Notes under the pieces: generated by a model
The model's input: the letters and a program-made list of their open reading frames with translations, nothing else
Database searches by the model: none
Told to the model about the DNA's origin: nothing
Shown: one piece after another, positions 19,401 to 25,644 of the stretch
How the letters are laid out: the number at the start of each line of letters is the position of its first letter
Numbering within the stretch: position 1 is the stretch's first letter
Virus record (IMG/VR): IMGVR_UViG_3300050120_000121
Span: 1 to 64,000 of that record
DNA: 64,000 nucleotides
Source: a virus
Direction: 5' to 3' (one strand)
Translations under genes and position numbers: made by a program

Positions 19401-20080
19401 ATTTGAACAGTCCCGACGAGAAGACGCGAGAAGGGGCGTTACTAGCTCGTCTGATTGAAAAGACGGGTATGCGAGTGGGCTCGGATAAAGACACAGGGGC
19501 TGAGAAGAAGGCAACGGGGGCGACGACATTGGAGCCGCAACATGTCAAGATCGACGGCAATAAAGTGACGATGGAATTCGTTGGTAAAAGCGGACATGAC
19601 AATCATTGGGAATTGAATGATCCAGTGATTGCGAAGGCATTCAAGAATCGCATTGAACAAGGAAAATCGCGGTTGTTTTCCATAAATGACACGCAATTTA
19701 GGGATTACATGCATGATGTGGCTCCAGGATTCAAGGCAGCAAAGGATTTTCGCACGGCAGCGGCGGCGGAGCATGCAATATCTGCGGTCGATGGCATGAA
19801 AGAACCGACGACGGCAACTGAGTATCGAGAAGCGTTAGGAAAAGTCGCGGCACACGTTTCTGGCCAGATCAACAATACGCCAGATGTCGCGTTCAACTCA
19901 TACATTCCTCCCGAGGTGTTTGGACAATGGCAAGCGAACCTGCTGAGCAAGGGGATCGACGTAACGGGGTTGAAGCCCTCGTATCCCAAGGCAACGTCTA
20001 TGGTGGCACAGAGCGAATCGCCGCCGATGAAGGAAAAGATTGGTGGAAAGCAGAAGAAACCGAAGAATACAAACGCATGA
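16436..20080 (+). CDS. Portal protein fused to a pyrophosphatase-like domain, a Zn ribbon and DNA topoisomerase IB
   Basis: N-terminal HK97-type portal motifs (LLQKPNPF, LRLTGTN, KYGGPDNAG, PKDMNY); AGNYKK...IENPKGS...YGYIKGT...DGDHIDVF...FDEHKV; TopIB motifs GTDSKGRRQ, MRVG, FVGKSG, KDFRT, NNTP, SYI. Confidence 0.9.
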   Translation: MGIFNSWFKGSQAKPIMPLPAELPAMKSLNMASAIRPALAGAFPGAMWISDHRTEAEQNTGWNHIAINAICQQLASATVTAYEDGSNQVRNQSRRKSLRNLYGTISNYKAQYGQDDDETRPLDNAHALMKLLQKPNPFEPGSMFRYRQAQQLRLTGTNLVWNVPSLLKTPESPQGLPCQRYVVPIAMTTAILPSEEMPYGGYRIIPNTSRQFLLDKDGYQPGSPIWSFLMGVIIDARHIQKIGYPHGWRLDDFWSPVSAGSKWIDGANAVDSSRFAQMKNGADPSVQVELSPGINPTQDEMDRVSAKASKKYGGPDNAGSIWFTENGTVIHPLSTSPKDMNYKEGFQDFKEAILALHSTPPTACGIIDVGTTAGWLASMRGWSHAAIKPMCRLLADSDTHHLAPQFGEGITVEIEPEEINDEVERNARCQVAISAKSISKNTLNATLGFKLLEGSEGDKLAGPDAPQPGQGGNPTAKPESGSLTDLPSPSDPGDAYSGNARGETTKSLQAVRDGMREADDEYIAEVVERAVAAKLKSMGEPSAAQREAGNYKKTHITIQGLRISIENPKGSIRSGTSRQGQSWSIEMANDYGYIKGTESGADGDHIDVFIGPNPESELVFIVDQVNPDSGDFDEHKVILGSDSKAEAKQIYFANYSKGWKGFGDITPMHIDDFKEWLKAEDSSKPVGDIEPRKSGESRFITFDDLKQFGKSLGMSTSNGSDGGFTVPEESQSAIKDRQEIADGQGYGKCPMCGAEAVSRNRGMGTNQNDTCRNGHVYLSDMTIVNQPKESAEVPIVEQSVEPAKPAKKSVKRRKPVLKHDVSGENRDHGKFAVTAGSGKKPNENHLRIESGHVVPENTHVDVAGTTYHPGEFIHSHQVSSLTPEERSKNTESLGGKKMERIYRNADTGEGLSSEHEAEVRGLKIRPDLKNVTLMKNDHGELKGYGTDSKGRRQPIYPAAHTERAKAAKFERLKEFQSSIGKIRERLASDLNSPDEKTREGALLARLIEKTGMRVGSDKDTGAEKKATGATTLEPQHVKIDGNKVTMEFVGKSGHDNHWELNDPVIAKAFKNRIEQGKSRLFSINDTQFRDYMHDVAPGFKAAKDFRTAAAAEHAISAVDGMKEPTTATEYREALGKVAAHVSGQINNTPDVAFNSYIPPEVFGQWQANLLSKGIDVTGLKPSYPKATSMVAQSESPPMKEKIGGKQKKPKNTNA

Positions 20081-20754
20081 GTCCCGATGAGCAGGACGAG
20101 GCCGATGAATCGGCAGATGCCGAGAGAAATCAGGATTCCGAGAGCGATACAAAATCTCATCCAACATTGAAGTCCGAACGTTGGATAACCATCGGTGGCG
20201 ATAAAGATCCAGATGGCGACGGTGGAGGAACACACGTGAAAATCGACGACGACGGAAAGATTGTTGCGGGACCAGAAGGCTTGGCGGACAAGGGGATTCA
20301 GAAGTTGAGCGATTTCGGGAAGAATGAATCTGGCGAGTCGAAACCAGAAGAAAAACCAAAGCCAATTCCTCATGGGGAAGTTTCGTTTCGTGCGTCCGCC
20401 CCCGGTCACATGGGCGGAAAACAGCATATTGCCGAAATCACAGGTGCGGACGGACAATTTGGAATGGATCGCGATTTTGTCGACAAGAAAACCGGCAAGA
20501 AGCGAGATGAATCGGAACATACAACCAATCGACAAGGATTGTTCGAGGAGTCTGACATCACGTCGGCGGGAAAGAAAGTTCGCCATTTCGTGACACTTCA
20601 TCATCCTGAAACGGGAGTTTTAACTAAGCATCCTGTTGACAAGGAAACCGCACAGGCAATCGCGAACCATATTGGCGGAGACAACATTGAAAACGTCGTG
20701 CATTTGCGTGATGGAAAAATCCACATGACTGACGCTCCATCACGTGATTATTGA
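20077..20754 (+). CDS. Putative head-associated modular protein
   Basis: ATGA overlap with the portal; acidic leader, LKS, then RWITIGG...GTHVKIDDDGKIVAGP and an AEITGADGQFG domain. Confidence 0.65.
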   Translation: MSPDEQDEADESADAERNQDSESDTKSHPTLKSERWITIGGDKDPDGDGGGTHVKIDDDGKIVAGPEGLADKGIQKLSDFGKNESGESKPEEKPKPIPHGEVSFRASAPGHMGGKQHIAEITGADGQFGMDRDFVDKKTGKKRDESEHTTNRQGLFEESDITSAGKKVRHFVTLHHPETGVLTKHPVDKETAQAIANHIGGDNIENVVHLRDGKIHMTDAPSRDY

Positions 20755-20779
20755 TTCTTCTCAAGAATCTTTTCCAAAC

Positions 20780-20881
20780 TGACGAAGATATTATTGACAA
20801 TTAAAGTTAATTGATTACAATATCTTCGTCATGACTGCTGTGCGAAGCAGTCGAACTCAAACTCTTGCGAAGGAATGAATC
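20780..20881 (+). promoter_or_regulatory. Sigma70-type promoter inside a palindromic operator, followed by a leader hairpin
   Basis: TTGACA (20794)-16-TACAAT (20816); inverted repeat tgacgaagatatt/aatatcttcgtca; hairpin gactgct-gtgcga-agcagtc. Confidence 0.75.
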
Positions 20882-21136
20882 ATGTCGAACGCAACCGACC
20901 ACACGGCAATCAGTATCTCGATGGATGGCATATGGGCTGGAAGCGGCAAGTTGAGAGACGGCCAGATCGAAGATTGCGGGGCGCAATTCTGCGACGACAA
21001 CGACGAATCGCTCGAAGTCTATGAGATGATCGAAGACGCCATTGAGAACGGCGAAGACGAAGTTCGCGTCACGCTCGATGGCGAAGATCATACGATTACT
21101 TGGACGATCGTTGAACCGAGCATCGTGTCCGAATAA
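20882..21136 (+). CDS. Very acidic small protein
   Basis: 84 aa, about 22 D/E versus 3 K/R; AAGGA RBS. Confidence 0.75.
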   Translation: MSNATDHTAISISMDGIWAGSGKLRDGQIEDCGAQFCDDNDESLEVYEMIEDAIENGEDEVRVTLDGEDHTITWTIVEPSIVSE

Positions 21137-21150
21137 TCGCGAGGCTCCAA

Positions 21151-21495
21151 ATGTCGAATCATTGTGCAGAATGCTGGTATGAGATCTCCGAAAACTACGG
21201 TCGATGTGAAAAGTGCCATCAGAATGCGAAAGCAGTGATTTCCGAGAGGATGTCTCATGCCAGCGAGATCGGCGAAAAGTCGGAAGATCTCGCGATTCGC
21301 TTCACCTGCGAAATGAACGTCTTTTTCACTCAGATTCCCGAGACGGATGTTATGGTCGCTCGATTGCGTCAAGGCAGTGAGTTGATTCGTCAGATGATTG
21401 CTCGGTCGAAACTGACAAAGCATCAGTCGCAATACGTTTCCGCGATCGACCGAGTTGCGAATCGGGTGGCTCCCATGAATGAAGGAACAAAATGA
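21151..21495 (+). CDS. Zn-ribbon hypothetical protein
   Basis: CAEC...CEKC. Confidence 0.6.
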   Translation: MSNHCAECWYEISENYGRCEKCHQNAKAVISERMSHASEIGEKSEDLAIRFTCEMNVFFTQIPETDVMVARLRQGSELIRQMIARSKLTKHQSQYVSAIDRVANRVAPMNEGTK

Positions 21496-21836
21496 GCGAA
21501 CACGCTTTCACCTGTCCAAAGTGTGGCAGTCATTATTTCGGAACCGAAACGGAGAAGCGTCTAGGTAAAGTCGTCATTCTCGACACCGTCAAATGCCACG
21601 GGAAAGACTTCAGCGGAAAGATGTGCGACTGGCGAGGAGTTCATGGTCGCATTCACAAGGGTCAGACGACTGTTCCGTTCGGCTTGCGAATCAGCGAGGA
21701 ACTGTGCTCAAAGTTGCATGCGTCAACAACAGCCACGGAGCCAACAGCACAAGCTGTCGCGATTAAAATCCTGTCCGCCAGTATTGGCGTTGAATACATG
21801 CATCGAAGCGTTGGCAAACCTGCGAAATCAACTTGA
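21492..21836 (+). CDS. Zn-ribbon plus ribbon-helix-helix-like protein
   Basis: CPKCG N-terminus; Arc/MetJ-like segment VPFGLRISEELCSKL. Confidence 0.5.
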   Translation: MSEHAFTCPKCGSHYFGTETEKRLGKVVILDTVKCHGKDFSGKMCDWRGVHGRIHKGQTTVPFGLRISEELCSKLHASTTATEPTAQAVAIKILSASIGVEYMHRSVGKPAKST

Positions 21837-21943
21837 CGCTGACGATTGGCGGATCTGCCGTTATAGGCTTTGCCTACCAATTGCGTCCCCGTCCGAATCC
21901 GTGGGCAGGATTTTGAATTGGTGGGCAAGCGTCGTAAATCGTC

Positions 21944-22462
21944 CTATTCCGTGACTGGCGATTCGATAGGTTGTGGGCCGCTTGGCATAAATCTTGATTT
22001 AAATAGCGGCAACGTTAACGGAGGAAGCCCCATTTGAGACGTTGTCAAAAACATGAAATGCCGCACATAGGGCCAGAGCGTATTCATGGCGACTGCCGTA
22101 GCCAACTCGCCGTTCTCCGTGGTTGACTCATGGCTTGGAGACTGTCCAGCAGCGTGGATGTAAACCGCTTGGTATTCGCATTGCAACAACACTGCTGGCT
22201 CATCGTCTGAATCTTCATACGTAGTCGTAGCCTGACATGACACATTGATCTTGATCGTGTTTTCCTCAGGTGACAGGCCGATATTCGAGCCGACGTTAAG
22301 TTTTGTCTTTCCGGGAAACGCTCCTCCGCGAAGATTCAATTTGGAGGCTGAAGATGTCAACCTCACAATTTGCAATTCAAGATTGGCGAACGAGAACGGC
22401 ACCGCTTGGACGGTGGCAAGTTTTTTCGATCGCGATTTCGACTTTCGTGCAGCTTTCTTCAT
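21944..22462 (-). CDS. SecB-like chaperone of a TAC system
   Basis: SecB signature LWPYVRHFMFLTTSQMGLPPLTLP; ATG 22462 overlaps the antitoxin stop. Confidence 0.85.
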   Translation of the reverse strand: MKKAARKSKSRSKKLATVQAVPFSFANLELQIVRLTSSASKLNLRGGAFPGKTKLNVGSNIGLSPEENTIKINVSCQATTTYEDSDDEPAVLLQCEYQAVYIHAAGQSPSHESTTENGELATAVAMNTLWPYVRHFMFLTTSQMGLPPLTLPLFKSRFMPSGPQPIESPVTE

Positions 22463-22884
22463 GGTTGCATCGTAATAGGATTGAATTTCTTGAAACCGCA
22501 GGTGCTGGAAGTTGACGGGACATTGCTGGCATCCCAAGAGAGAGACCATGCGACATCGGACCCATCATTTCCTGTTGGAATGGGATCAAATGCTGGCTTG
22601 TCATACAACTCAACTCGCAGCCGTTTTCCAAGGGCGGCGGCTATCTTTTTGAGTACGCGCATGGAGTGACTGCCATAGTCGGCATCCTCGATTCTCGCGA
22701 TTACGCTTTGATACGTGCCAGCCAGATCGGCCAATTGTTTTTGTGTTAACCGAGCCGCGTTTCTGGCGCGATAGATCTCTCTGGCGGTATGTGCATCTAC
22801 GGCTGCATCTTCAACCATCGCTGCCAATTCTGGATTGTCAGCGAGTTTTTTCCGTATGACGGTGCCAAAGTCAGTTGTTTTCAT
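22459..22884 (-). CDS. higA: XRE-HTH antitoxin (HigA-like) with C-terminal chaperone-addiction-like extension
   Basis: LTQKQLADLAGTYQSVIARIE...LKKIAAALGKRL followed by a tail of about 45 aa containing DVAWSLSWD. Confidence 0.85.
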   Translation of the reverse strand: MKTTDFGTVIRKKLADNPELAAMVEDAAVDAHTAREIYRARNAARLTQKQLADLAGTYQSVIARIEDADYGSHSMRVLKKIAAALGKRLRVELYDKPAFDPIPTGNDGSDVAWSLSWDASNVPSTSSTCGFKKFNPITMQP

Positions 22885-23287
22885 CGTCTTCAACATTTCC
22901 GTTTACGAGTGTCCAGTCCGCGAGGTATGTAGATGGATCATGTTCGACCAATTTCATCCTCGCAACAGCTTTCGCGATGTCCTTCGGTGGAACTCTGTCT
23001 GTCTGCTTGATGATCCCGTGTGAAAGGCAAATGACATTCCGGCCTTGAAAAAAATACAAAACGCGGTAATGGATTTTTCGTTCTTTTGCTCGAACCTCGT
23101 AAATTCCTTGCTCAAGAGTACCGGACTGTGGACGCTCTGCTTCGTATCCGAGTTGTTCTACATATTGAATCGCGGCGAGCATTTTCGCATATGCCAACGG
23201 GACTTTGCGCTCAAGCACTTCGAGCCATATTTCTACGGGGATTTCACCGTTCTTTTCTCGAAATACTTTGAGCGTCGCTTTAGGCAT
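22871..23287 (-). CDS. higB: RelE/HigB-family toxin (Gp49/DUF891-like)
   Basis: PVEIWL...GIYEVR...YRVLYFF...LSHGIIKQT..VP..DI. Confidence 0.88.
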   Translation of the reverse strand: MPKATLKVFREKNGEIPVEIWLEVLERKVPLAYAKMLAAIQYVEQLGYEAERPQSGTLEQGIYEVRAKERKIHYRVLYFFQGRNVICLSHGIIKQTDRVPPKDIAKAVARMKLVEHDPSTYLADWTLVNGNVEDDENN

Positions 23288-23416
23288 TCTAGGTCCGCAA
23301 TCGCATTTTTGCTATGTCCTTCTCGGATTTCAAGAAGACGCATAAAAATGATGGTGGTTTGTAACGATACAATCGTCAGGAGTGGAATACCACGATTGAC
23401 GTGGCATTCGCGATAC

Positions 23417-23457
23417 AAAAAAACACGGGAATCGCCACCAAAAGACCGTTCCCGTGT
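23417..23457 (-). terminator. Terminator between transposase remnant and TAC operon
   Basis: Stem acacggga...tcccgtgt with an A-run on the left (U-run on the minus strand). Confidence 0.55.
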
Positions 23458-23484
23458 CCTCTGAATTGCAGTCGTACATTGGCT

Positions 23485-23733
23485 TTAAGACAACGTGAGC
23501 AGATTCGGCTCGATCCCCAGTTCGTACATGGCGGAAATTAGGCAGCAGATGTTATGACACAGCATTTTGCAGAGAACCTCATTCTTCATCGCCACAGGCG
23601 ATTTCGATCGAACCGCATCCCCGAACTTCCGCTTAATCATCGAGAACGCCGATTCGACGTTGGATCGCTTGTGGTAGGACGAAAGGAACTCTTCCGTGTA
23701 CAGGCTGAAAAAGTGAAACGCCTTTTGAAACAT
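23485..23733 (-). pseudogene. C-terminal fragment of a DDE transposase
   Basis: YHKRSNVESAFSMIKRKFG...EVLCKMLCHNI; only about 150 bp separate it from the TIR, so the N-terminus is deleted. Confidence 0.85.
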
Positions 23734-23985
23734 GCCACCGATGCTCCCCGTACCTGCTCATCAGCAAGCCGCGAGTTGCGAAGCCGGTTGCAGTTGCCGA
23801 GAATTGATTCCTGTGAGCAAACCCGAATTGGTGGGCAAGTTTTTGATTCCGTGGGCAAATCAGAATTGGTAGGCAAAGCCGCCGTTATAGTCCATGTCAG
23901 CAACCTTGATCCGAAGTCAGTCCAATTGCGTTCCTGATTTCGTGTTCGCTCAGTTGTGGCAGATCCAAGCGGGGAGGAATTGACG

Positions 23986-24189
23986 ATGGGTTCTACCGAT
24001 TTGAAAACCGAGAACATTCAACGGATGTTCGCGTCATTCTTCAGTAAGACGCCCAAAACAATTTCACTGGCGGAATGGCTTGGCAGGGAACCGACCGAAG
24101 CCGAAAAGATCGAAGTCGCGGCACTCAATCAGAATTCGAGCGATAACGAATACTTCTCGAAACTGATGAAGATGAAGGCGGGGATATGA
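23986..24189 (+). CDS. Hypothetical protein
   Basis: GGAGGA RBS. Confidence 0.55.
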   Translation: MGSTDLKTENIQRMFASFFSKTPKTISLAEWLGREPTEAEKIEVAALNQNSSDNEYFSKLMKMKAGI

Positions 24190-24425
24190 CGGTGGATGCA
24201 AAATACAAATCATTCGGCGATTGGTGGAAAGTTGAGGGGAAGGCGTTCCTTCATCTGCCAAACGATCAAGGATTCCCGATAAATTGGGAGTCAGTGATAA
24301 TGCTCTGCGTTGAGAATGGCGTGACGAACGCAGAGGATATTCACAACATCATCGAAGACATTCCCGAGAAGACAACCGCACCGGAAATCATGGCATTGAT
24401 CCGATCTAAAGCGAAAGGGAAGTGA
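24186..24425 (+). CDS. Hypothetical protein
   Basis: ATGA overlap. Confidence 0.55.
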   Translation: MTVDAKYKSFGDWWKVEGKAFLHLPNDQGFPINWESVIMLCVENGVTNAEDIHNIIEDIPEKTTAPEIMALIRSKAKGK

Positions 24426-24643
24426 TGCGTCTCGATCCTAGCGACCGAGATATCTTCGATTGGATCGCATCCATCCCGAGAAGATGGCGGTTTTCAGCAC
24501 GGCGGAATCATCGTGAGAACATCAGGCGAAAATACCCGCCGGGAAGTCGCTTATTCAAGTCGAGAGATTCAGGATGGTATCGGATTGAATTCCCGAATCA
24601 CGAACGCCAATTCCTGCCAAGTCAGGCTCCACCAAAGGGATAA
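24422..24643 (+). CDS. Basic hypothetical protein
   Basis: Part of the overlapping chain. Confidence 0.45.
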   Translation: MMRLDPSDRDIFDWIASIPRRWRFSARRNHRENIRRKYPPGSRLFKSRDSGWYRIEFPNHERQFLPSQAPPKG

Positions 24644-24647
24644 ACGA

Positions 24648-24968
24648 ATGTCTGACGAACCCAACATCGAAACCAAGCGATTCGAACTGGAAGTCGAGAA
24701 ACATCAACTCGAAAAACTTGCAAAGCAGATTGAGATCACCAAGTCGCACAACGAGTCGATCGACAAAGTGCTGTCGGTCGTCAAGTATCTGAATGAAGTT
24801 CAGGACGAGACGGTTTCAGTCACTGACGAAGGTTTCTCGAAAACCGTATGGACGAAAAAGGCGAGAGTGTGGAGCCCGATGGAAGAAGATTTAGCGAATG
24901 TTTCTCTGAAGTCGTTCAAGATGCTGGTGTCGTCGATTGTGCCTGACATTGAAACGAAAGGGAAGTGA
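24648..24968 (+). CDS. Hypothetical protein
   Basis: RBS aaaggga. Confidence 0.55.
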   Translation: MSDEPNIETKRFELEVEKHQLEKLAKQIEITKSHNESIDKVLSVVKYLNEVQDETVSVTDEGFSKTVWTKKARVWSPMEEDLANVSLKSFKMLVSSIVPDIETKGK

Positions 24969-25466
24969 ATGAACAGACGAACGTTTATCGCGGTATTCAT
25001 TGCCGCAACAGTCGCGGTATCGCGTGTTAAACTCACATGCGAACGCGATGAGTTGATCGTGAAGACTTCCGGCCCGCATGATCTTTACATTCTTAAAGGG
25101 TCATTGGCAGCGAAACGAGCATTCATTCGCGAGTATCTGTTGTTTCAGGAGCATTTTGGCGGCTCAGTCGACGACATCGTTGACAGAGAAATGAAAATCT
25201 TGACACCGGACTATCGTTGGGCTGATCCAGGGGCATCCGAATGGGCATTGAGAAACTGCGGATATTCCGTGACGATGATCCAGTCAAGCGTCGAAGAAAT
25301 TCGGAAAACCAATGAACGATGTTACGGTCGAATGAGCCACGATTACGTTCTGGTCGACACTCCGCAGGCGGGAATCGAGGCATGGCGTCCACGCGATGAA
25401 ACTGCCAGATATTGGCCGATGCGGTTCTCGGAACGGTATCCAGTTCGAAAGAATGCACATGCTTAA
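24969..25466 (+). CDS. Hypothetical protein with Tat-like N-terminus
   Basis: MNRRTFIAVFIAATVAV. Confidence 0.5.
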   Translation: MNRRTFIAVFIAATVAVSRVKLTCERDELIVKTSGPHDLYILKGSLAAKRAFIREYLLFQEHFGGSVDDIVDREMKILTPDYRWADPGASEWALRNCGYSVTMIQSSVEEIRKTNERCYGRMSHDYVLVDTPQAGIEAWRPRDETARYWPMRFSERYPVRKNAHA

Positions 25467-25644
25467 TGGTCCGCCGGGAGGATTGCCAAAAGCGTCACCG
25501 ATTGAACGGACATTCGGAATTCTGTTGATGATCGTTCTAATCGTCCTATTTTCTCTCGGCATGGGCATCGCGTATAAACGGGATGTCCTCGATCAGAATC
25601 CAGACAAACCTTGGACGGTGAATCCCGATGTCAGAACTCCCTAA
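25459..25644 (+). CDS. Single-TM small protein
   Basis: FGILLMIVLIVLFSLGMGIAY. Confidence 0.5.
   Translation: MLNGPPGGLPKASPIERTFGILLMIVLIVLFSLGMGIAYKRDVLDQNPDKPWTVNPDVRTP

Larger units (their letters stand above)
21866..23880 (-). mobile_element. Non-autonomous IS5-family (IS903-like) element carrying TAC passenger genes
   Basis: Perfect 17-bp TIRs GGCTTTGCCTACCAATT (21866-21882, 23864-23880); 9-bp target duplication GCCGTTATA (21857-21865, 23881-23889); transposase remnant inside. Confidence 0.92.

Noticed and set aside
19705-20604. Long minus-strand ORFs opposite the portal end (similarly 36969-37856, 45116-45910, 46380-47162)
   Set aside because: They overlap well-supported plus-strand genes and show no recognisable motifs
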